A stretch of 63,904 nt of DNA, filler included, from Hyphochytrium catenoides (GCA_900088475.1; 11 parts of 11 records of this genome joined end to end with filler, not necessarily neighbours in it); one strand, 5' to 3'. Shown: positions 11,297 through 22,430, counted from the first letter of the whole stretch. A program made the numbers and translations. The notes: generated from the sequence alone by a model not told the origin.

Positions 11297-11879
11297 GCAA
11301 GGTACAGTAGTTCTGTCGCTCGTATTGGCCATGCCGCTAAGCTCGCTCGTTATGCGGATGGCTGTGCTGCAGCAGGATATGACTTTGTTTCGCTTGTATG
11401 GGAAACGTTTGGTGGTGCAACGGAGGAAGTCCATAGCACTCTACGTCACTGGATCCGGGCGATACATGATAGATGTGGAGGGGGAGTTTCTTTGTCTTCC
11501 CTTTTCAATTCTATCTATGGCAGAATATCTGTTCATATCCAGCGGTCCAATGCGCAGATGGTCTCTGCACGTCTTCCTCTCCCACGAGCCCTCCAGGAAG
11601 TAATCCTGCAGCAGGTTCCTGGAGCAGTCCTTGGCGGGTTGGTTTAGGGGAGAGTAGTAGTTGTAGTAGGTCTCTCCTAGGAGTAGTAAGCAGTAAGTAA
11701 GTAGATTATAGTTCCAGATAGCTAGTTAGTTACTGTTTTTCATTTTCCCTCAGTGGGTTCTTCTATACTGTTCTCTTCTAAAGTCAGCAATAAAGTAGTT
11801 CTTCGTAAACTCCTCTTCCTTCTGAGTAGTAGACCTAGCATATCATTCATTGTTCATTACGTAGTTACCTTATAAAAAT
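11297..11879 (+). mobile_element. 5'-truncated RLE-type (CRE-like) non-LTR retrotransposon, family A: endonuclease C-terminus plus 3' UTR
   Basis: AAKLARYADGC...GYDFVSLVWETFGG...RISVHIQRSNAQMV matches the RLE tail (K..KY..C..G..F.P...E..G, then RIS..LQR.NA). The 3' UTR has AATAAA and ends TATAAAAAT. Confidence 0.8.
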
Positions 11880-13320
11880 GTGAAGACCGACCTCCGCGAA
11901 TTCAACGACGAGAAGGTGGACCGATGCGAGGCCTACCTTGTCGTCATCGCTGCTCTTGGCGGTCCAGCCGCCTCAACTCCGTCGCCAGTGAGGATGGTCT
12001 CCTCTCTGCCGCCGCCACAAACGCCTTCCAGCGATTCTCCCTCTCCCCCTTCTCCTGCCACCCCCAGGACCAATGTTTCCGGTAACGCTGAGAGATCACC
12101 CTCCGCCGTAGGCGACATCGCCTGGGTGGACGTCGTACGCAGCCGCAAGAAGCGGGCAGTTACTCCCACTCCTCCTATCGGCCCTGTTTCAGGCGCTGGG
12201 CGGTCCGCTAGCACGTCTTCTGTTCCAGCAGCCGGCACACGTTTGGTAAACGCAAAGCCTGATTGGTTCTCTTCTCTCTCCCCTGACAGCGCCTCCTCCT
12301 GCCTCTTGAGCAAGGCCGCCCGGCTCGCAAAGCCATCTCCTCTCTCTACATCTCTGGCCTTGGTTCCCACTTCCGTCCCCGTGAGCTCAAAGGTCTCCTG
12401 TCCCGCGCCGGCTGCCCTGGGGACTCCGGATCCATCATATGGATTTTCACGATCGGCAAGGACTGTGCCGAACTCTTCCTTTGGGAGGAGGACTTGACCC
12501 CACTTCGTCAGGCCGTCACGAAATTGAAGCTGCCAGTGCTCTCCTCCCCGCTGGACCTGCCCTCCGCCTCCCCGACTGAAGCCCGTTCGTCCCTGGTTCG
12601 CCGCTACACGCGCCAAGCCACCCTTACTCGTCGTCCAAGCCTCCAGGGCTTCTTCCTCCGCCGAGTCCGAGAGCTCCAGGCCCCAGTCGAGCACGATGCC
12701 CCTCCCGCCGGTTCGCCCAGTCCTTCCTCTCCTGCTCCTACTCGCTCTTCCGCGTTGCCTTCTTCTCTCTCTACTCCCCCGAAGCTTCCTCCTACCCAAC
12801 TCGCTCAGTCTTCTTCTACTGCTTCCTTCCCCACCGCCCCTGCTCCTGCTTCGAACGACGCCGACCTTCCTAGCGCTCAGGCCGAATGTTAGGTGACCGC
12901 AGTTCCGAGACAGCCTCATCTGAACCGGGGCCTGCGCCTCCTTCGCTCTCCCTGCCTTCTGATCTCCTCTGTCCTCTCCCCAGTTGTAACCCTAACCCAC
13001 CATCTTAGCCAGTCCAACGTTTTCCAGCACCTACAAAACGTTCATCGTTCTGAATCTTCTGACCCTGCTCTCCTGTCCTTCCTGTCTCAACAGGGCCGTC
13101 AATTCTGTCCGCGTGGTTGCGGGCATATCCTGACGTACAAGACTATTAGTCGGGCTCAAGAAAAGCGGGGTCACTTTGCCCGCTTTCCCTCAGTGGGTTC
13201 TATACTGTTCTCGTTTAAAAAGTCAAAATAAAGTAGTTCTACGTAAATTCCTCTTCCTTCTTCTGAGTAGTAGACCTAGCATATCATTCATTGTTCATTC
13301 CGTAGTTACCTTATAAAAAT
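11744..13320 (+). repeat. ~137-bp direct repeat pair (11744-11879 and 13184-13320)
   Basis: Both copies run TTTCCCTCAGTGGGTTC...GAGTAGTAGACCTAGCATATCATTCATTGTTCATT...GTAGTTACCTTATAAAAAT with few differences. Confidence 0.95.
11880..13320 (+). mobile_element. Internally deleted family A unit: Pro/Ser-rich ORF1-like region, zinc finger and terminal repeat
   Basis: Frameshifted ORF (WVDVVRSRKK...RELKGLL...IIWIFTIGKDCAELFLW), then CPLPSC...HLQNVH and FCPRGCGH zinc motifs. Ends in a copy of the family A 3' end; no RT present. Confidence 0.65.
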
Positions 13321-14104
13321 ATACATATGTACAAGTAATATGTACTGTAACAAGCCCAGTGTCTGCTTGTCATAGATGATCTTTTAGTTGTCGGCCCCCT
13401 TGTCACATTGTTATTGCCGAGGAGTTCAACTCTAAAATATTGCTTCCTTGTCCGGTGATGAAGGTGGAGGAGGGGACGGGACGTGTTGAAAAGTCCAGAA
13501 CTGTATAGCTCTTTTCTCTTCTGCATTTTCTTCTTCTTCTTCTTTAAAAAATCACGGTTGTAGCTTGAGTAAGAACTGTATCAAAGGAAGAGTGATTTGT
13601 GGAGCCCTGATAAGTGGCCTTCTCTCTTACATCAAGGATTGATGGTCGTGCCACCATTAATCATAGTCATTATACAGTAGGGGCAGGCTAAAACCAACTC
13701 TACTCGTCATCATTTATTATTAGGTAGTAGTAGCGCCGGGGTCTGCGGCCTCACCAGTGATTCTCTACTATTTTTGGCGGCCCGATAACCGCGAAGAGCG
13801 GTACTAACACAGATTGAAGTCATTATAGCAAGAGACAGGGAGAGCAAGAAAGGGAGGAGAGGGTTGTTTGCATTGGATATTGATAATAAGGTGACAAAGA
13901 GAGATTGACAAAAAAATAGCTCAACTGTGCCCAATCATCAAACACTGTATCCGCGTCTATGATGGAACAGGAGGGTAGAGCGCTAGGAAGTTGGCAGGTC
14001 TTCGGTTCAAAGAAATAAAGCATCGGTTGAGGAAGAAAAAAGCAGGTATGATAGGATGGTATCGATTGCTGATTGAATACATATGAATGATAAGGATATC
14101 TCAT

Positions 14105-14400
14105 CATCATTGTCATTGGTCCCGGTGGCAAAGGCTCTGTCTCTTCATACCAGAGCCTCTTTCGTGATTCACGAAGAGAATGCGCTACCGATTCTGAAGC
14201 GTATTCCTCTTCAGCAATCGGACGACCCTGCTCTTGCTTGTTTGGTCGAGAAGTTAAAACTTTGATAGTTCTTTCTTTCCCGATAATCATAGTGGAGGAG
14301 AGCATGTTGAATATTCCAGGACTTTGTAGCCATTGTCTTCTTCTTTTTCTCTTCTTCCTCCTCCTCTTGTTCTTCCCCTTCTTCTTCTTTTTACTTCTGT
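14105..14400 (+). mobile_element. RLE retroelement family B, 3' fragment with (TTC)n tail
   Basis: SLVPVAKALSLHTRASFVIHEENALPILKRIPLQQ aligns with the copies at 18070-18200 and 19590-19720. Confidence 0.7.
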
Positions 14401-14479
14401 TACTGCTTTGTATAAATAGTCTTTTTCCTATAGCAGTAGTTAACGTTATATGAAATAATGGAGAGAACGACAGCCGAGA

Positions 14480-15050
14480 GTGACTGCCAAAAAAGAAAAA
14501 TGAGAGACTTCAGGAGTCCATCAGATGATGTCGCAGCAAAGAGCAGGAACGTAAGCTAAGAGTAAGCATTGGAAAGCAGCCTCACTCTCCCTACTAGCCT
14601 ATGCCAGACAATTAGCATCAATAACATTCTTCCTTTATCTCGAATCATCAAAGAAGGTGCTCATTCTTATTATCAGAGAAGGAATGACGACACCGTGGCT
14701 GGTTCTACTGCAGCGGTAAGATCTACAAGACCTTGACATCATGCCACGATTGCAGATGCCATGCGACTAATCATATCCAAGCGGCTAATGAGGATGATGT
14801 AACGTTTTTTTTTGTATCTCCTATCATCGCTTGTCAGTACAGTTGCAACAGCATACAAAACTTCACCAAATTGTAAGCACGAGGCTGAAGCAGCAGTCCA
14901 TCGCCTCATTTTGAATCTTGTTCTGGGGTCTACCTTGCGGCCCGCTGCATACGAACACCGCTTCATATCTAACTTATGGTTCCACGGCTTGTGTTCCATT
15001 CCTTCTTTTCCATTTTTATTAGCATGATGAAAGAGCAAGCGCTATAGGAA
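14480..15050 (+). pseudogene. Heavily decayed non-LTR reverse transcriptase fragment
   Basis: Traces IADAMRLIISKRL and EAEAAVHRL resemble RPIAVGE..RRL..K and G.EA.VH of RLE-clade RTs; many indels. Confidence 0.35.
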
Positions 15051-15297
15051 GGAGTTAGGCGTGTCACGTGCTGCTGCACTTACTTTGCCTTATATAAGTG
15101 TGGGGACCTCCTTGACTACTGCTTTCAGTACGAAATTCTTTCTTGGTCGCCTTCGACCCTGGACAGCCCGAACTGCTCCCATTGCTCGATATCTCACCCA
15201 TTGCTACTATTCCCATGCTATTCCCATAGCTCGATATCTACTGATTAATCATTACGTTAGGAGGCACGCAGGACCCCTAACTACTGACCCAGCTCGT

Positions 15298-16236
15298 TTA
15301 TCTGCTCCCGCTGCTTGATTGCCGGGCTGCCTTCTTTATCCTATCGTAGAGGCTAGACACATATAGTCTGTTGACGAAGTTTGCTGCGAAGGCCGGCAAG
15401 TCTACCATGTCAGCATAGTTTATGACTCGTACGACTGACATATTACTGTCCTCAGGTGATGGCTGGACGTCGACGACGAACGTGTTTAGGGCACGGACAA
15501 ATTTTCCAGGTGTACATTCGGACTTCTCTGTCATTGGAAAGACAGTCTCAGCGTACTTGCTAGCCCCTGCACATTTTTCGTGCTGCACTGATTTGGAGGC
15601 GAAAATCCTGGTTGTTCCATCAATGGCATTAAGAACCACAAATTCCCTCTCCTTAGCAAAAGGAAGCAAAGGTATTTTGGCGGTAGTCCGTGCTAGTTCA
15701 AGCCGTTTGGTGGTGGTTGCTTTGCTTTCTTCGCTTGATCTTGTCCTCCATCCGATTGTTGAAAAGGTGTGAAGAGGCGGCTTGGAAAAGTCAGACTCTT
15801 TGCTGAAAGGATCAATGATGGCGTGGCCTTCCGGAGATACGAGCAGATCAAAAAGCTGCTGAGCGGCCATGGAAATAGTCCCTTGTCCTCGTGTTACCAT
15901 CACATTTGCATTCTGGAATGTGCCGCTTACTCTCTTCTCTTCGGTAATGAGGTCGTTCGAGCGGTCCAGCGTCTTCCACCCGGAAGTTGCAGGAGAGTCC
16001 CACATTCGGAAAGCCTCGGAGATCATGCGGTCGGCGAACGCCGTTGCATTGTCCTCAGTGATTAATTCCTCTCCAATCACGTTCTCCCTCGACTCGACAG
16101 CTGATGTTGATCTCAGCTTTAACCCTGCGTCGGCAGTAAGTATTGAGGATGACGAAACCTCATTATTCAGCAAGCTCAAGATGAGAGCGACAGAGGTAAC
16201 TGCCTGACGCAGGATACTACTTGAGGTTTTGGCCAT
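15298..16236 (-). CDS. START (StAR-related lipid transfer) domain protein with N-terminal hydrophobic segment, intronless
   Basis: GWKTL...TRGQGTISMAAQQLFDLL, PFAKEREFVVL, SKSVQHEKC, GKFVRALN, INYADM...PAFAANFVN. Likely ATG 16236 (MAKTSSSILRQAVTSVALILSLL). Confidence 0.8.
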   Translation of the reverse strand: MAKTSSSILRQAVTSVALILSLLNNEVSSSSILTADAGLKLRSTSAVESRENVIGEELITEDNATAFADRMISEAFRMWDSPATSGWKTLDRSNDLITEEKRVSGTFQNANVMVTRGQGTISMAAQQLFDLLVSPEGHAIIDPFSKESDFSKPPLHTFSTIGWRTRSSEESKATTTKRLELARTTAKIPLLPFAKEREFVVLNAIDGTTRIFASKSVQHEKCAGASKYAETVFPMTEKSECTPGKFVRALNTFVVDVQPSPEDSNMSVVRVINYADMVDLPAFAANFVNRLYVSSLYDRIKKAARQSSSGSR

Positions 16237-16849
16237 GGTTGCTACGTTAGTCGAGAAGAGCTGAACGTGTCCTGTTGTAGGAGGCGGCAGCTTTAGAAAT
16301 GAAAGTGGTTCGCGGTATCGCAATCAGAACACGACGCGTCTCAATATTGACCGAAGAAATGATGATGATTACCTTGTGAAGTAAACAGCAGTAACGAGCA
16401 TCAGCAACTTATTTACTTCAGCCACGCGCTAGCGACTTTCTGCCATGCACTACTACGAGTCGGTTCGAGAAGGGAAGAGAAATATCCTACCCGGTTCATA
16501 ATTGGTGCAATAATTGGAGAAGGATTCGCGCATGTTTGAGCGAAATTAGGCGCTAAAGACCGAGAGGATGTGGTCTACGACAAGATGGCCCCGCCCTATC
16601 ATTCCTACCGCGATTCATCCCTGTAGAGCCGAGGTCCATCCCTGTGGAACTATTCTTCGAATTACGACATCCGTGTCTTCATCTCATAAAATTATCCATG
16701 TACTCACCACTGATATATCTCCCACCGCACCACTATCGTGATGCAGCACGAGTTCCGATTGAAGAAATAATAACAGTAGAAGTGCTCCAGCAGCAGTTCG
16801 TATCTGGTAGGACGGGAGCAACTGTATGACTGTATGCACTTACAAACTG

Positions 16850-17560
16850 AACAGGGTGTGATTCCTTATCAGCTCATCAGGAAAGCAGCAAGTCTTAATT
16901 ATTCAAGCCAAGCTATACATGTAGAACTACTGGTTGGTTTGCAAAAGCAGGTCCTACTCTAGATGGCAGAACCACCGTCCTAAGAATAGTTGGTTGCTTA
17001 GTTCTTAGTTGAATGGAGTAGTGCAACTGCTTTCCTGCTTGTTGTTGGTGACACCACGCGTTGCCTTGTCCAATGTCGAAGCTAAGTTTCCTTTATATTA
17101 GAGTGGTCATGTGGTTCCTCCCTCTCCACCATATCAAATACCACTTTGCTTCGTACCTCTCGAGCTGGTTCTATTACAGTGTAGCTTGGAGGGCTTATTA
17201 TGATGTTCTGGTCTTTATTGTTATAAAATAATCCCCTTGGGTCATCAACAGCAGCAATTGCTGACCTGGTGTTCGACAGAGGACGAAGAATAGAGCCGGT
17301 TCTTCTGAGATTCTTTTTACAACTGGAACTGCTGCTCAAATGAGTTAATTAACATGTTGCGTTCGCATGACCCGGCACCGTCATGCAGGGACTGGTGAAC
17401 CCCAAAGATGATCGCTTCTTTTCTCTTTCTGTGTCCTTTCTGACTCTCCAGGTCTCTTTGGCTCTCACTCTGCTATGGGATCAAAGGAATCCTGCGCTTG
17501 GCCGCGACGGGGAGTGAGTAATGAGAGAGAACATACTTGGCGAGGTGGTAATAGAAAATA
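16850..17560 (-). pseudogene. Heavily decayed non-LTR RT fragment
   Basis: Minus-strand traces DPIAE, EAIIFGV and RGVTNNKQ occur in RT-like order; many frameshifts. Confidence 0.25.
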
Positions 17561-17589
17561 GTTCTATTGATTGAGTACTGAAGAGTGAC

Positions 17590-18470
17590 TATAGTTTTGT
17601 TCCCAGGAGAACAAGAGATGAGAATAGAATGTGCTACCCAGAACTATACTATTTTTTCTCATTTTTAACTTATGGCTTCTTCTTCTACTATAACCAATCT
17701 CAAAGTCTCGTCACCTCCTTCCGCGCTTCAATCAGAAGCCTGGAGATTTGTTGGTTCTTCGTGGATTTTCTCATCTTCCTATCATCAGTACTCGGCCTTT
17801 GAGGTGTCCGTCACGGATTCGCTGCAATCCAGAACCCTTCCCTATGCAGCAGAAGTCCATGCCGGCTATCAAGGTCGTTGGTCTGAGATAGCGAAGGTGA
17901 GAAGGAAGTTCGGGGGTCTCTGCCAGCAGGCTGTGGGGGGGCTACAGGGTGCAGGTTTGTGCCACTCGTTTGAGAGTCCTTTGGTGGTGCTATGTCGCAT
18001 GTCCTAGACTCTGTGCAACAGCTAGTCAAGCTTCAGTGTGATCGTGCCGCTCTTGAGGCTTCCCGCCGTTGGTCATTGATATCATCGGTTAACAGAGATT
18101 CTGAGAATCCATACCAGAATCTCTTTCGCCATCCATGGTGAAGAGAATGCACTTCAGATTCTGAGGCGTATTTCTGTTCATCATTTGGAGCTCGTCCTAG
18201 CTTGCATGATTGAGCGCGATGATGAGGATGGCCTCGGCGCGACGTCCCTTTCTACTTCTCCTCCTCCGTCTCCTATCATTATTGCGGAAGAGTTCAACCA
18301 TGATTCTTCTTCCTTTTCCAAAATTGATGGCGAGGGTGGCGGAGGAGGAAACGCGTTGTCGTTTCTCCTTTGTTCTTGTCCTCCTCCTCCTTCTTCGTCT
18401 CCTTCTTCTTCTTCTTCTTCTCCTCCTTCTTGTCTTCTTCTTGTTCTTTTTCTTTTTCCTACTAATTAGT
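17590..18470 (+). mobile_element. RLE retroelement family B, longest copy (degenerate)
   Basis: RHLLPRFNQKPGDLLV, AFEVSVTDSLQ, EIAKVRRKF, FVPLV*ESFGG, IIIAEEFNHDSS, then TTC/CCT tail; PD-(D/E)xK RLE layout. Confidence 0.8.
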
Positions 18471-18504
18471 AATAATAGTAACTTTTCTTTATAAGATAAA
18501 CTAA

Positions 18505-19085
18505 GAAGGACTCAAAGAAAAAGTAAAAGATGAAGAAGAAAGAGGAGAAGAAGAAGAAGAAAAAAAGAAGAGGAAGCGAAGCAGAAACAAAGAAAGCTAA
18601 AACGCCTTGGTCCCGTCCTCAGCTCAAGCTCCTCCATGCTCATCATCAGTAAAGGAAGAATCATAGTTGATCTCCTCAGTGATATATAGGGGAGAAAAAG
18701 GAGGAGGAGGTGAATTACCAACCTTAACCTCGTCGTCATCAAAATCAACCGCCGCGAGGCAAGCAAGAGAAAGGTCCAGCTGTTCAAGAGGAGTACACTT
18801 CAATATCTGGAAGCGCAGTTTCCTCATGAATCACCATAGAGATTCTCGTGTGAAGGCGCAATAAAACCTTGGCCTAACCGTAAGCAGGACCATTGACCAA
18901 GATGCAGAGAAGCATCAAGAGCAGAGCGGTCATCACACTGAAGCTTCACCAGATAGATGCCTTACACAATCTATGACGCCCGGCATAGTTCCCCCAAACG
19001 ACTTCCAAACTAGAGGGACAAATTGCAGCCCTACAGCCTTACAAGCAACAAGGTGCCTCACCCTTCTTCAACTTCGCTAATCTTT
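18505..19085 (-). mobile_element. RLE retroelement family B copy, inverted
   Basis: AVGLQFVPLVWKSFGGTMPGVIDCVRHL...ITEEINYDSSFTDDE; GAA-rich tail on the + strand. Confidence 0.8.
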
Positions 19086-19324
19086 ATATGGAAAATCTCC
19101 TGTGTGTCGTCAGCCGGCTGACGTCCTTGCTGCTTTGCTCTTCTTTTCTTCTTGGCCTGATATAGTTTTTCCTTCTTTCTCTTTTTAGTCTTCGTGGTAC
19201 ATATTTGCATGTTTTCGTGTTCTTCGAACAAACCAACTAAACACTCTGTACTACTCTTTGGGTACTAAAGGCCACGTCAACTGTAGAAAAAAGATATTAT
19301 TTCCAAATTCAATAGAAAAGAGTC

Positions 19325-20245
19325 CCTCACGGATTCGGTGCAATCCAGAACCCTTCCCTATGATGCAGCAGTCCATGCTGGCTTTCAAGCGGCGCGGGTG
19401 CTTGTCTGAGACAGGGAAATGAGGAAGAAGGAGTGTTAGGGTCCTCCTGTCAGGCTGTGGGGTTGCAGGTTGTGCCACTACTACTTTGGGAGTCTTTTGG
19501 TGGTGCCATGCTCTATGCCTTGGACTCTGTGCAACAGCAGGTTAGTTCCAGTGTGATCGTGCCGCTCTTGATGCCTCTCGGCATCACGGTCATTGGTCTC
19601 GGGTGGCCAGGGCTCTGAACCTTCATACCAGAACTTATTCGCCATCCATGATGAGAATGGGCTACAAGTTCTGAAGCGTATTATTCCTCTTGGGCAGTTG
19701 GACCCCGCTCTTCTTGCATAATTGAGCCTGCTGCTGCTGATGGTCTCGGAGCCACGGCCTCTTCTACTCCTCTCCCGTCACCTATCGTTATTGCCTAAGA
19801 GCTCAGCTATGATTCTTCTTCCTTTTCTTCAACACGTACCACCACCATCATTACCGGAAAAGTCCAGGACTTTGTAGCTCTTGTATCTTCTTCCTCTTCT
19901 CTTCGTTCTTCTTTTCCCCCTTCTTCGTCTTCTTCCTCTTCTTCTTTTAACTACAGGAGCATTCCTCCTGAACTGCTGGACCCTTCTCTTGCTTGTCTCG
20001 CGACGGCTGAGCTCGACGGTGATGATATGGTTGCTGGTGATGACATGGTTGCCGGTGGTTCACCTCCTCCTCCTTGTTCTTCTCCGCTCATCATCATTAC
20101 TGAGGAAATCAACTATGATTCTTCTTTTACTGATGATGAGCCGGGAAAAGGTTCGAGCTGAGATGATGGAGGAGCCTACTAAGGCTTCTTAGCTTTTCTT
20201 CTCTTCTTCTTCCTCTTCTTCTTCTTCACTTTCGTCTTCTTCTAA
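19325..20245 (+). mobile_element. Two head-to-tail family B fragments (19325-19950 and 19955-20245)
   Basis: TDSVQSRTLPY...AVGLQVVPLLLWESFGGAM. The second fragment restarts at IPPELLDPSLACL...ITEEINYDSSFTDDE. Each ends in a TTC tail. Confidence 0.78.
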
Positions 20246-20779
20246 TCTAGTCTCTTGGTAGCGATAGTAAAACGTATCAACAAAAAAATTTCATATCTCT
20301 CTTTCCCTTTATAAAACAGTAGTCTACTAGTCTCTCCTTTTTTAAGAATTTTTTTCTAGTAATAAGGACTACAACAAATAAAACGTTTTTGTAAAAAGCG
20401 AAACCCAAAGAGAATATCCTGCCGCCAGAACTCCAAAGAAGAGCAAGAAAGCAGGGGGTTCCCAGGGCTGGGTATTGACAGAATGCGGATGTTGGGTCCA
20501 CGAGGTAGCAGGGATTTCTCCTCCTCATCTCTCGATACGTTGAGAAAGAGAACAACTAGAGTGAATACTTGAAAGAAGAAGAGATAAAACTTATTAAGAA
20601 GGCCCATGCACCGACAAGCAGGTCATTCATCTCCTAACCCAAGTGGTCACAGAATCAATGTCTTCTAGGAGACCTTAAAATCTCGTCGACTCTCTAACTT
20701 GAACGAATAGGTAGCTCCACAGGGCTGAGATATGGAACCAAAAATGGTGTAAGAAGAAATGGAGAACCCTGTCACATTT

Positions 20780-20880
20780 TAATGATGACAGTAATGGTCT
20801 TGGTGCTTCGTCAATTCCTCGTCCTTCTCTCATTGTTTTTGCTGAAGAGATCAACAACTATGATTCTTCTTTTCTTACTA
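20780..20880 (+). mobile_element. Short family B 3' fragment
   Basis: GCTGAAGAGATCAACAACTATGATTCTTCTTTT matches the EEINYDSSF motif. Confidence 0.55.
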
Positions 20881-21619
20881 TTCATTAGTTACAATCGATG
20901 CATTAGCTAGAACTACCACTCAAAGAAAAAGAGAAGGAAAAGAAATAGAGAAGCATGAGAAGAAGAAGAAGAAGGGGAAGAAGAAATTGCTACTACTACA
21001 CATACTCAAAGATAAAGAAGAGAAGGACATGAAAAAAGAAGTAAGGAGAAGGAAAAGAAGGACAAGAAGAAGAAGAAGAGGAAGAAGAAGAAGAGACTAA
21101 AATGCAGAAGAGACACGAGGATATCAGAATAAGAAGGAGGGGAAGAAGAAAAAGAAGAAGTAGGAGACGAGGATATCATGAAATCACGGAGGGTTGTTCA
21201 TCATTCTTCTTCTGCTTCTCATCATCGGCGGTGATGATGCATCATGGATCAATCTAAAGAAGTTGTTTTCTCTGTCTGATGAATGATGCTTCGTTTTGCT
21301 TCAACGACAAGAAGTATTTGCAACTACTAGTCATCAGTCATCACCCATTATTCTTATGTGGGTGCTGATCAAGGATTGTCAGTTGGCAGGAGGCTAGCTC
21401 TTCCTCTTCTTCAATCCTGACCCCTTCTTCGCTGTTGATACGACGAGTCTTTCCAAGAATACATTTGAAAGTGTTGTTGCTCCGCTCTCTTGTACCAAGA
21501 CACCATCGCAGCAGTATCTACGAAGAAAAGCGCATTGATGACGGGCTAAAACTTTTGCTGCAATCTATTATGCTTCTTTTATTTTGTTATTTGGTTGATT
21601 TTACGGATGATAGCTACCA

Positions 21620-22430
21620 CCAATAACTACTGAAGAGTAAAAGAAGAAGTAAAAGATGAAGAAAGAAGAAGTAAGAGGAGGAAGGAGAAGAAGAAGAAGA
21701 AGAGAAAAGGAGGAATAAGAAAAGAAACAAGGAAAGGTATAACGCCTTGGTCTCGTCCTCCTCGACCTGATCTTCTCCACACTCATCATCAGTAAAGGAA
21801 GAATCATAATTGATCTCTGTGATAATAAAGGGAGAAGGAGGAGGAGGAGGTGGACCATCGATTACAACAATGTCGTCATGATCAACTTCAAACGCCGCGA
21901 GGCAATCAAGAGAGAATCCAACTGATCAAAAGGAATACGCTTCAAAATCTGGAGCGCATTTTCTCATGAACCGCCATAGAGAGTCTCGTGTGAAGGCGTA
22001 AAACCATAGCAAAACGGGACCATTGACCAAGATGATGTAAGAAGCATCAAGAGCAGAGCGGTCACATTGAGGCTTCACCAGATGTCTTACAACACAATCA
22101 GCGACGCCCGGCATAGCACCCCCAAAGGACTCCCAAACCAATGGTTCAAATTGCAGCCCTACAGCCCGGCAATACTCATACTTCTTCAACTTCGCCTTCT
22201 CGGGCAAAGGACCTTGATAGCCTGCTGAGTGAACTGCGCGCTTTTTTATTATCTACTAAAAAGTAAAAGATGAAGAAGAAGAAGATGAAGGACAAGAGAA
22301 AGAAAATGAGAGGAAGAAGAAGAGAAAAGATGAAGAAGGAAAAAAGAAGGAAATAAGAGGAAGAAGAAGAGGAAAGTAAAGCCTATAAAGCCTTGGGCTC
22401 TGCCTCATCACCTCGATCATCTGCAAATGA
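21620..22430 (-). mobile_element. Two head-to-tail family B fragments on the minus strand
   Basis: EKAKLKKYEYCRAVGLQFEPLVWESFGGAMPGVADCVVRHLVKPQCDRSALDAS (21926-22207), preceded by another copy's TTC tail ending TAGTAGATAATAAAAAAA (~22245-22430). Confidence 0.8.

Noticed and set aside
11933-12919. 328-aa minus-strand ORF
   Set aside because: Antisense shadow of the GC-rich retroelement ORF1 region.
12987-12998. (TAACCC)2 telomere-like repeat inside the zinc finger region
   Set aside because: Only two units and within coding sequence (CNPNP); insufficient evidence for telomere targeting.
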